Origin: Alphaproteobacteria bacterium | GTDB lineage: Bacteria > Pseudomonadota > Alphaproteobacteria > JBFXJJ01 | NCBI GenBank assembly: GCA_050175015.1 | Contig: JBFXJJ010000024.1 | Coordinates: forward strand, 1-20,155 | Length of the DNA stretch: 20,155 nucleotides | Reading direction: 5' to 3' | Shown: in pieces, positions 1 to 7,491 of the stretch | Position numbering within the stretch: the stretch's first letter is position 1 | How the letters are laid out: each line of letters begins with the position of its first letter | The notes under the pieces: generated by a model | Database searches by the model: none | Told to the model about the DNA's origin: nothing | The model's input: the letters and a program-made list of their open reading frames with translations, nothing else | Made by a program: the position numbers and the translations under genes

Positions 1-115
1 GATCTAAAAAATATCAAAAATTAAAATAATTTTAAAATAATTTGTAAATAAAGATTGAAAGAACAGGCTTCATTGTTTAAAAATTTTTAAAAGAAAGAGT
101 CTATATGGGGCAGAT

Positions 116-1582
116 ATGTCATTGAAAAAAACACTAAAAAATGAAATTAACCGTATTAAATCAGCCAAGGTTTTATGTATTGGCGATGTAATGCTTGATA
201 AATTTATTTATGGAGAAGTCGAAAGGATATCCCCAGAAGCGCCAGTTCCTATTTTAAAAATCAATAAAGAAGAATATATGCTGGGTGGAGCAGGGAATGT
301 TATCCGCAATCTTGCGGCTCTTGGAGCTGAGGCATTTTTTATCGGCGTTGTCGGCAACGATGATAATGGCAACATTATCCGTGATATGATTTTTTCATAT
401 AGCGGTTCTAAGAAGGCTCATATTTTTAATTTTGCTAGCAAGACAACTACTAAAAAACGGTTTGTAACCAATAGCCAGCAACTCCTGCGTGTAGATGATG
501 AGAATAATCTTGAACTTTCATTAGAGCAAAAGAAAGAATTTTTTGCCTGCATTGAAGAAACTTTAAAAGAAATAGATACTGTTGTCATATCAGATTACGG
601 CAAGGGGCTTTTATCTGTTGATGTTCTTAAAGAGATTATAAGTTTATCAAATAAGCATCAAAAGAAAGTTTTTGTTGATCCCAAAGGACGTAATTTCTCT
701 ATTTATCAAGGCGCATTTATGGTGACGCCGAATAAAAAGGAGCTGTCAGAGGCAACAGATATCATAACTAAAGGCAATGATAATATTCTTCTTGCTGCCA
801 ATAAGATAATATCTGAAAGCGGAATAGAAAATGTTTTGGTAACCCGCAGCGATGAAGGAATGACTTTAGTAGAGCGTTGCGGCGAAGTTGAGCATTTTGC
901 CGCCCTTGCTAAGGAAGTATTCGATGTTTCTGGAGCTGGAGATACTGTTGTTGCTGTTATGGCAGCCTGTTTAGGGGCAGGTACTAGTTTATCTGATGCG
1001 ACGTCTATTGCTAATATTGCAGGATCAGTTGTCGTTGGTAAAAAAGGCACCGCTGTGGCATATCCGGAGGAATTAATAAAAGCAATTAATGAAAGCCACA
1101 ATATTCAAAATAATACCGATAAAATTGTAGGTTTAAACAGTGCGGTTGATTTGGTTGCTTCTTGGAAAGACAAGGGGTTAAAAGTTGGTTTTACCAATGG
1201 CTGCTTTGATTTGTTGCACCCAGGTCATATTTCTTTGATTGAACAGTCTAAAAAAACTTGTGATAAGCTCGTAATAGGACTTAATAGTGATAGTTCAGTA
1301 AAAAGACTTAAAGGTGAAAGCCGCCCGATACAAGATGAGCAGGCAAGATCTTTGGTTTTATCTTCATTAACATCTGTTGACCTAGTGGTTATTTTTGATG
1401 AGGACACGCCGCTAAATTTAATAAGTGCCTTAAAACCTGATATTCTTGTTAAAGGTGCTGATTATACTATTGCAACGGTTGTTGGTGCCGATGTTGTTAT
1501 GGGATATGGTGGAAAAGTCGTGTTAGCAAATCTTGAAGACGGGTTTTCAACAACAAGAACAATAAAAAAGATTAATTCTTAA
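116..1582 (+). CDS. hldE: Bifunctional D-glycero-beta-D-manno-heptose-7-phosphate kinase / heptose-1-phosphate adenylyltransferase (ADP-heptose synthesis)
   Basis: N-terminal PfkB-type kinase motifs GDVMLD, RISPEAPVP, GGAGNV and DVSGAGDT. C-terminal cytidylyltransferase-family motifs FTNGCFDLLHPGH, KGESRP, KGADY and STT. 488 aa two-domain length. Confidence 0.96.
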   Translation: MSLKKTLKNEINRIKSAKVLCIGDVMLDKFIYGEVERISPEAPVPILKINKEEYMLGGAGNVIRNLAALGAEAFFIGVVGNDDNGNIIRDMIFSYSGSKKAHIFNFASKTTTKKRFVTNSQQLLRVDDENNLELSLEQKKEFFACIEETLKEIDTVVISDYGKGLLSVDVLKEIISLSNKHQKKVFVDPKGRNFSIYQGAFMVTPNKKELSEATDIITKGNDNILLAANKIISESGIENVLVTRSDEGMTLVERCGEVEHFAALAKEVFDVSGAGDTVVAVMAACLGAGTSLSDATSIANIAGSVVVGKKGTAVAYPEELIKAINESHNIQNNTDKIVGLNSAVDLVASWKDKGLKVGFTNGCFDLLHPGHISLIEQSKKTCDKLVIGLNSDSSVKRLKGESRPIQDEQARSLVLSSLTSVDLVVIFDEDTPLNLISALKPDILVKGADYTIATVVGADVVMGYGGKVVLANLEDGFSTTRTIKKINS

Positions 1583-1766
1583 AGATAAAAATTGAGTTTT
1601 ATTACTGTAAGATTACCATTTTATAATTTTGTTGTTGCAACTTTGTTGCAGTTTTTTTAATTACACCCCCAAAAAAGTATTAAAGTTTTTTTACAAAAAC
1701 CTTAATTTTAAAAAAAAGGCTTTGTTATCAATATGTTGATATGTTTGTGATAGAAAATTCTTGTTG

Positions 1767-1795
1767 TAGACAATTTTTAAAATACAGGATATTGT
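1767..1795 (+). promoter_or_regulatory. Putative sigma70 promoter of pilin-like gene 1 (TAGACA-17bp-TATTGT)
   Basis: TAGACA at 1767-1772, 17-bp spacer, TATTGT at 1790-1795. SD AAGGAG at 1838-1843 before ATG 1852. The same -35 hexamer and spacing recur before the paralog. Confidence 0.5.
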
Positions 1796-1851
1796 TTAAC
1801 TATCTACTCTTTAAAGGTGTAAAGAGATTTTTTAATTAAGGAGATTTTAAA

Positions 1852-2202
1852 ATGTTAAATAGACTTAAAAACTTTGGTAAAGTTGTAGCCTATGCTTTAG
1901 TTTTGTCAGTTAGTGTTATTGGCATCGCAGAAGCAAACGTATTCGGTACTGCAACAGATAAAGCTCTTCAAATTTTCCAAAACGTAAGAAACATTACCTT
2001 CATTCTTGGTGGTTTTGGTCTTGTTGGCTTAGCATTCGGTGCTATTTTCGGTCGTGTACAATGGAAATGGTTCGGCGCTCTTGCTTTCGGTCTTGCTGTT
2101 GTTGCAGCCGCTGGCGCTATCATTGACTACGTAACATCAGCAGAAACCACAGGCGTTGTTTCAGCTGACCAATACGGCGGTTTCAAAGATACATTACAAT
2201 AA
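1852..2202 (+). CDS. TrbC/VirB2-family pilin-like membrane protein, copy 1
   Basis: Basic N-terminus and hydrophobic signal peptide ending A-E-A (SPase I-like, 28 aa), then an amphipathic helix and two hydrophobic helices separated by a short basic loop (FGRVQWKW). This matches VirB2/TrbC pilin topology. Strong SD and downstream terminator. Confidence 0.72.
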   Translation: MLNRLKNFGKVVAYALVLSVSVIGIAEANVFGTATDKALQIFQNVRNITFILGGFGLVGLAFGAIFGRVQWKWFGALAFGLAVVAAAGAIIDYVTSAETTGVVSADQYGGFKDTLQ

Positions 2203-2226
2203 GATTTGTTTAAAATCTTATAATGA

Positions 2227-2260
2227 AAAAAAGCACTTGGTTATTACCAAGTGCTTTTTT
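2227..2260 (+). terminator. Intrinsic terminator (potentially bidirectional) after pilin-like gene 1
   Basis: Perfect inverted repeat AAAAAAGCACTTGGT-TATT-ACCAAGTGCTTTTTT. Confidence 0.9.
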
Positions 2261-2439
2261 GTTATGAGTAGGTTTGTTTATAAAAAAATACTTAATCTGC
2301 GAAGCAAATTTAAATAATTAAGGCAGCTTTCGTTTAGCTGTATGTTTTGGTTTTGCAGCATAAAGTTAAAGTTTTAAAGCAGAAATTTTAAACTTTTAAA
2401 TCACAAATATGATACTTTTTTGAATGTTGTTGTCATAGA

Positions 2440-2468
2440 TAGACAAGCTAAAACAAAAGCATTATAAT
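2440..2468 (+). promoter_or_regulatory. Putative sigma70 promoter of pilin-like gene 2 (TAGACA-17bp-TATAAT)
   Basis: TAGACA at 2440-2445, 17-bp spacer, perfect TATAAT at 2463-2468. It lies downstream of the gene 1 terminator. Confidence 0.65.
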
Positions 2469-2523
2469 AAAATTAACATTGAGATAATCTTAAGTTTATG
2501 ACTAACTATTGGGGAACAAAGAT

Positions 2524-2907
2524 ATGTCAAATCGTATTAGAAAGATGAGCCATTTTGCATTATTAACAATGCTTTTTGCAATCTATACTTGTCAGGCATT
2601 CGCTGCTGATGATGTGTTCGGATCAGTTACTGCTAAAGCGCAAGAAATTTTCCAAAACTTAAAAACATTGGTTTTTGTTCTCGGTGGTTTTGGCTTAATA
2701 GGTTTTTCTGTGGGAGCTATTTTTGGTAAAGTTCAGTGGAAATGGTTTGCTACCTTATCTTTTGGGCTTTTCATTATTTCAGTTGCTGACCAAGTCGTTT
2801 CATATATTACCGCAGATGGTTCTGGTGGTTCTTCAACCGATTCAGGTTATGAAAGTGCCTTTGGTGATGGCGGCTTAAAAAATATTGATTTTGGTGATAC
2901 ATGGTAA
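2524..2907 (+). CDS. TrbC/VirB2-family pilin-like membrane protein, copy 2 (paralog of 1852..2202)
   Basis: Start moved from TTG 2509 to ATG 2524 (GGGGA SD at 2511-2515). Signal peptide ends A-F-A. The mature core is 36/67 identical to copy 1 by manual alignment (VFG..T.KA..IFQN, LGGFGL.G...GAIFG.VQWKWF). Ser/Gly/Asp-rich tail. Confidence 0.72.
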   Translation: MSNRIRKMSHFALLTMLFAIYTCQAFAADDVFGSVTAKAQEIFQNLKTLVFVLGGFGLIGFSVGAIFGKVQWKWFATLSFGLFIISVADQVVSYITADGSGGSSTDSGYESAFGDGGLKNIDFGDTW

Positions 2908-2963
2908 CAATCTTTGATAAAAAAGAAGTTTGTTTCCAACTTAGAGAAGATAAATAATAAAAA

Positions 2964-3413
2964 ATGAGAGTTGCTCTTTATCAACCAGATATTCCTCAAA
3001 ACACAGGCGCAATTATTAGAATCTGCGCCTGTTTTCATTTGCCACTCGACATTATTGAACCGTGTGGTTTTATTTTAGACGATCAAAAATTGAAAAGATC
3101 GGCGATGGATTATGGTCCTTTGGTAGAAATAAAAAGGCATATTTCTTGGGGAAGTTTTTTAGATGATAAAAATCAAAACAGTCGCTTGATTTTATTAACA
3201 ACAAAGGGAAATAATCCACTTAATAAGTTTGAGTTTCAACCTGACGATATTTTGCTTTTTGGCAGAGAAAGCGGCGGCGTGCCTAAGGAAGTTGCGGAAC
3301 TTGCGGCAGCTAGAGTCTTTATTCCAATGCCAGGGAATACTCGCTCTTTCAATTTGGCAGTTTCAGTTGGTATTACAAGCTTTCAGGCACTAAGCAGTAT
3401 CAATGGATTGTAG
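2964..3413 (+). CDS. trmL: tRNA (cytidine/uridine-34-2'-O)-methyltransferase, SPOUT family
   Basis: LYQPDIPQNTGAIIR.C, IIEPCGF, KRSAMDY, LLFGRESGG and IPM...RSFNLA motifs; 149 aa. Confidence 0.93.
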   Translation: MRVALYQPDIPQNTGAIIRICACFHLPLDIIEPCGFILDDQKLKRSAMDYGPLVEIKRHISWGSFLDDKNQNSRLILLTTKGNNPLNKFEFQPDDILLFGRESGGVPKEVAELAAARVFIPMPGNTRSFNLAVSVGITSFQALSSINGL

Positions 3414-3582
3414 TTCTAGAGCCGTTATATAATTATATTATATTGTTTCGTAGATTAAGGATTTTTAAAAAATCAGTAAAGAATTTTAAAAATTTTTTAA
3501 AAAAAAGCGTTACTTTTGCTTATCAAAAGCAAAGCGCACCCGCAAGACTTGCAGTCAGGCGAAATAAAAAACTACAATCTTA

Positions 3583-4926
3583 TTATTTGGTTTCTGGAGA
3601 GTTTGTTTCAGCCGTGTTTTCTAGAGACGTGTCGTTAGATTTTGTCTCATCTTGATTTATATCTGATTGTATTTCGACGTCTGTGTTTATTGCGTTATCT
3701 TCTGCCGCTGTAGACGTTCCATCTTCTTCAGTGTCTTTTTCAGGATTTTTAGCATCTTCTTCTATTTTTTCTTTAATGCTTCCAGCTTCCTCTTTAAGCT
3801 TAACCGCAATATCTTCAATTTCATCTTCTTCTAAAATATCATTATCATTTTCAATTGTAGCTGTTGCGGCATCCTCGTCATCAAGTTCATCTTCAAGTAA
3901 AGGTTTGGTCATTGCTTTTTCAGCCAAGGCTTGTTGCTTAGCTTCAATGCGTTTTTGCTTGCGTACTTGTTTCCAGTTAGCAACATTTCTATTATGTTCA
4001 TTCAGCGTCTGGGCAAAAGCATGTCCTCCAGTTCCATCGGCTACAAAATATAAATATTGGTTACTTTTAGGTCTTAGTGATGCTTTTAAAGCTCTAAGTC
4101 CTGGATTACATATAGGTCCAGGAGGCAGCCCATAAATTTTATAGGTATTATATGGATGCTTTACGCTCAAATCCTTACGGAGAAGTGTTCTTCCTAAGTA
4201 ACCTTTTCCATCGCTTAGGGCATAAATGACGGTGGGATCAGTTTGAAGCCGCATTCTTTTATGAAGGCGGTTGATAAAAACACCAGCAATAATATCATAT
4301 TCTGATTTAACTGACGTTTCTTTTTCAATCAGGGAAGCCATAATAACAGCTTCTGCTTTTGTTTTGTAAGGAAGGTCATCGTCTCTTTTGTCCCAGAGCT
4401 TATCAATGTTGACCTTCATTGCCTCTATCATTCTTTCAATAAGGCGGTTCTTAGAATCTCCCCTTGAATAGAGATAGGTTTCTGGGAAAAGTTCTCCTTC
4501 TTTGACATCAATAGAGATGCTGCCTGAAAGATTTTCTTCATTTGAGATAAGTTCTAAAACTTGATAGGTCGTAAGTCCTTCTGGAATCGTTATCCGATAC
4601 TGAACTGATTTTGCATTAGACAACAGCTCTATAATTTCTATTATAGAGGAATACGCTGGAATTTTAATTTCTCCAGCTTGCAGCTTGTTGCCTTTTTGCA
4701 TTACCCTAGCTGTTATTAAAAAAAGCTTTGGGCTGTCTATGAATCCTTGTTCTTCTAAATGCCTTGCGATTGATTTAAGAGATGCTCCCTTTTCAATCAT
4801 AACAGTTTTTGCTTTAGTTAAAGGACCAACACCGGAAATATTTTTTAAATAAAAATACTGAATAGATCCTAAGGCAAATAAAACAACGAATAAAATGACA
4901 ACTGAAGGTTTTAAATATTTTTTCAT
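3583..4926 (-). CDS. mltG: Endolytic transglycosylase MltG (YceG family) with an acidic C-terminal extension of about 105-120 aa
   Basis: N-terminal TM helix; IPEG, EGELFPETY, ASLIEKET (catalytic Glu), RLQTDPTV, PYNTY, GLPPGPICNPG and YLYFVA motifs. Lies directly downstream of fabF, the usual position. Confidence 0.95.
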   Translation of the reverse strand: MKKYLKPSVVILFVVLFALGSIQYFYLKNISGVGPLTKAKTVMIEKGASLKSIARHLEEQGFIDSPKLFLITARVMQKGNKLQAGEIKIPAYSSIIEIIELLSNAKSVQYRITIPEGLTTYQVLELISNEENLSGSISIDVKEGELFPETYLYSRGDSKNRLIERMIEAMKVNIDKLWDKRDDDLPYKTKAEAVIMASLIEKETSVKSEYDIIAGVFINRLHKRMRLQTDPTVIYALSDGKGYLGRTLLRKDLSVKHPYNTYKIYGLPPGPICNPGLRALKASLRPKSNQYLYFVADGTGGHAFAQTLNEHNRNVANWKQVRKQKRIEAKQQALAEKAMTKPLLEDELDDEDAATATIENDNDILEEDEIEDIAVKLKEEAGSIKEKIEEDAKNPEKDTEEDGTSTAAEDNAINTDVEIQSDINQDETKSNDTSLENTAETNSPETK

Positions 4927-4954
4927 TATTCTCTTGTTTAAAGACGTTTACTTT

Positions 4955-6217
4955 TTAAGGTGCTACGCCAAAAACCAAAGAAGCGTTTGTACCGCCAAAA
5001 CCAAAAGAGTTAGACATTACATAATTTATATTTCGCTCTTTAGCTTTAAGAGGAACTAAATCAATATCACAATATTCTGATGGATCATCAAGATTTAGTG
5101 TTGGAGGAGCAATGTTTTCATTTAAAGCTTTAAGCGAATAAATTGCTTCAACTGCACCTGCTGCACCTAATAAATGACCAACAGAAGACTTGGTTGATGA
5201 CATTGAAAGGTTGTATGCATGGTCGCCGAAAAGACGCTTAACAGCATTAAGCTCAACTTGATCGCCAAGTGGAGTTGATGTTCCATGTGCATTTATGTAG
5301 TCAATTTTATCTTTGCTGATTTTAGCCCATTTTAGAGCAGATTCCATAGCACGGAAACCTCCGCTGCCGTCTGGTGCAGGAGCAGTTATATGATGTCCGT
5401 CGCCAGATAAGCCATAACCTAAAACTTCACCATAAATTTTTGCGCCACGTTTCTTTGCGTGTTCATATTCTTCTAAAACAACAACGCCAGAACCTTCGCC
5501 CATTACGAATCCATCACGGCCTTTATCCCAAGGACGAGATGCTTTTTCTGGATCATCATTAAAATTGCAAGTAACAGCTTTTGCTTGAACAAAGCCGGTT
5601 AAGCCAAGAGGAGTAACCGCAGCTTCGGCACCGCCTGCAACCATAACATCAGCATCATCAAGCATAATCATTCTTGCGGCATCACCAATAGCGTGAGTTC
5701 CTGTAGCGCAAGCTGTAACTACGGAATGGTTTGGACCTCTTAGTCCGTATCTTATAGAAATATGACCAGAGATAAGATTGATTAAGCTAGCAGGAATAAA
5801 GAAAGGACTTATTCTTCTAGCCCCTTTTTCTTTAAAAATGAGAGTGTTTTCAGAAATTGTTCCCAGACCACCGATGCCTGAACCGATGATAACGCCAGAA
5901 CGGAAGCTTTCTTCTTCATCTTTAGGAGTAAAGCCAGAATCTTCAACAGCATCAACCGCCGCGCAAATTCCATAAAGAATAAACTTATCGATTCGTCTTT
6001 GATCTTTTGCTTCAAGAACACTATCTGGATCAAACAATTCAGGGCTGTCTTTGCCGAATGGTACTTCACCAGCAATTTTTACAGCGATATCGCTAGGGTC
6101 AAAACCTGATATTTTTCTAATACCTGATTTGCCAGCGACAATACTGTCCCAATTGTGTTTTACACCACGACCAAGCGGCGTAAGCATTCCCATTCCTGTA
6201 ACAACAACTCTTCTCAT
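4955..6217 (-). CDS. fabF: 3-oxoacyl-ACP synthase II
   Basis: RRVVVTGMG, TACATG (catalytic Cys), INAHGTSTP, KSSVGHLLGAAG and SNSFGFGGTN motifs. Confidence 0.98.
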   Translation of the reverse strand: MRRVVVTGMGMLTPLGRGVKHNWDSIVAGKSGIRKISGFDPSDIAVKIAGEVPFGKDSPELFDPDSVLEAKDQRRIDKFILYGICAAVDAVEDSGFTPKDEEESFRSGVIIGSGIGGLGTISENTLIFKEKGARRISPFFIPASLINLISGHISIRYGLRGPNHSVVTACATGTHAIGDAARMIMLDDADVMVAGGAEAAVTPLGLTGFVQAKAVTCNFNDDPEKASRPWDKGRDGFVMGEGSGVVVLEEYEHAKKRGAKIYGEVLGYGLSGDGHHITAPAPDGSGGFRAMESALKWAKISKDKIDYINAHGTSTPLGDQVELNAVKRLFGDHAYNLSMSSTKSSVGHLLGAAGAVEAIYSLKALNENIAPPTLNLDDPSEYCDIDLVPLKAKERNINYVMSNSFGFGGTNASLVFGVAP

Positions 6218-6245
6218 TATTAACTCCTAAATTTTTGAAGTACAT

Positions 6246-6293
6246 AAACAAAACAAACGTCGATCCATAATATATGACCGACGCCTATTTTGT
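6246..6293 (-). terminator. Terminator or stabilising hairpin between acpP and fabF
   Basis: On the minus strand AGGCGUCGGUC pairs with GAUCGACGUUU (G-U wobbles work only on this strand), followed by UUUGUUUUGUUU. Consistent with an abundant short acpP transcript. Confidence 0.6.
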
Positions 6294-6321
6294 CATTAAA
6301 TTAACTATAAAGATACAATTT

Positions 6322-6555
6322 TTAGGTATTTTTTGTTATAAAATCTACAGCATCTTTAACAGTAATAATTTTTTCAGCGGCGTCATCTGGGATTTCGCAA
6401 CCGAATTCTTCCTCAAAAGCCATCACTAATTCGACGGTGTCAAGGCTGTCTGCGCCAAGATCATCAATGAAACTTGAGTTTTCTGCAACTTTTTCAGCGT
6501 CAACTCCAAGATGTTCAATAACAATTTTGGTAACTTGATTTAAAATATCACTCAT
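6322..6555 (-). CDS. acpP: Acyl carrier protein
   Basis: [20 protein letters not shown] phosphopantetheine-attachment motif; 77 aa, acidic. Confidence 0.99.
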   Translation of the reverse strand: MSDILNQVTKIVIEHLGVDAEKVAENSSFIDDLGADSLDTVELVMAFEEEFGCEIPDDAAEKIITVKDAVDFITKNT

Positions 6556-6723
6556 TTTGTGACCTCAGGTTGATTAGTTTAAGTTTGAAATTAAAGAAGT
6601 CAGTTTAATTTTTATTAGAAAAAAATTCCATAATTAATTTTAAAGAATTTTATCCAACGACGGATTGTTAGCATAGTATTTTTAAATTTTCTAGTAAAAA
6701 CAAAGTTTTTTTTAAAAATTTTT

Positions 6724-7461
6724 TTAAATCATAGCCATCCCGCCGTTTACATGGATAGTCTGTCCTGTGACATAACTGGCTTCATCTGATGCTAAAAATG
6801 CTGCGGCATTAGCAATATCAGAAGGAAGACCTAATCTGCCCATAGGAATATTAGACGTAAGTTTTTCTTTAGCTTCGTCAGGAAGAACGTCAGTCATTGG
6901 GGTTTTAATAAAACCTGGTGCAATGCAGTTAACGGTGATGCCTCTAGACGCAACTTCAGCCGCGAGACACTTGCTCATACCCACGATTCCAGCTTTGGTT
7001 GCTGAATAGTTAGCTTGACCAGGATTTCCTGTTGTGCCGACGATAGATGATATGTTGATAATTCTGCCGTATCTTCTCTTCATCATACCCTTAACAGCCG
7101 CTCTTGAAAGTTTGAAAGCCGCTGTTAGGTTTACATTTAATACTAACTGCCAGTCTTCATCTTTCATACGCATAAAGAGAGAATCTCTTGTAAGTCCTGC
7201 ATTATTGATTAAAACGTCGACTTTTCCCATTTTTTCTTCAGCTGATTTGATTAAAGCATCAGCAGATTCTGATTCGCATAAATTAGCAGTAAGAACACAA
7301 ACTCTTTCTTTTAATTCTTCCGCAAGTTTCTCCATAGGAGCAGGATTCATATCGGTTAAAATAAGGCTGGCGCCTAATTGGTGTAGAGTTTTAGCTATTT
7401 CTCCGCCAATGCCTCCGGCTGCTCCGGTAACCAATACGACTTTTCCAGATAAATTGAACAT
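6724..7461 (-). CDS. fabG: 3-oxoacyl-ACP reductase
   Basis: SDR motifs TGAAGGIG, NNAG, YSATK, GNPGQANY and PGFIKTPMT; located between fabD and acpP. Confidence 0.97.
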   Translation of the reverse strand: MFNLSGKVVLVTGAAGGIGGEIAKTLHQLGASLILTDMNPAPMEKLAEELKERVCVLTANLCESESADALIKSAEEKMGKVDVLINNAGLTRDSLFMRMKDEDWQLVLNVNLTAAFKLSRAAVKGMMKRRYGRIINISSIVGTTGNPGQANYSATKAGIVGMSKCLAAEVASRGITVNCIAPGFIKTPMTDVLPDEAKEKLTSNIPMGRLGLPSDIANAAAFLASDEASYVTGQTIHVNGGMAMI

Positions 7462-7491
7462 GTAATTATGTCTCCTTAAAAAGTTAAATTA

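Noticed and set aside
1680-1694. CtrA-like TTAA-N7-TTAC upstream of pilin 1
   Set aside because: Imperfect match in extremely AT-rich DNA; not distinguishable from chance.
2291-2400. Small hairpins (CAGCT/AGCTG; AAAGTTTTAAA/TTTTAAACTTT) between the pilin genes as a possible sRNA
   Set aside because: The stems are short or AT-only, with no recognisable family, promoter or terminator.
2509-2523. TTG start for pilin copy 2 given in the ORF track
   Set aside because: The GGGGA SD lies inside this stretch and is correctly spaced for ATG 2524, which also gives a signal peptide length matching copy 1.
1852-2907. Alternative reading of the tandem small hydrophobic proteins as bacteriocin precursors or inovirus coat proteins
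   Set aside because: There is no double-glycine leader, transporter, immunity or phage gene nearby, and the two-TM core with a basic Trp-containing loop fits VirB2/TrbC better.
3443-4135. Plus-strand ORFs 3443..3655 and 3683..4135 (Ser-rich)
   Set aside because: These are antisense shadows of mltG; the poly-Ser is the reverse complement of the Asp/Glu codons in the acidic tail.
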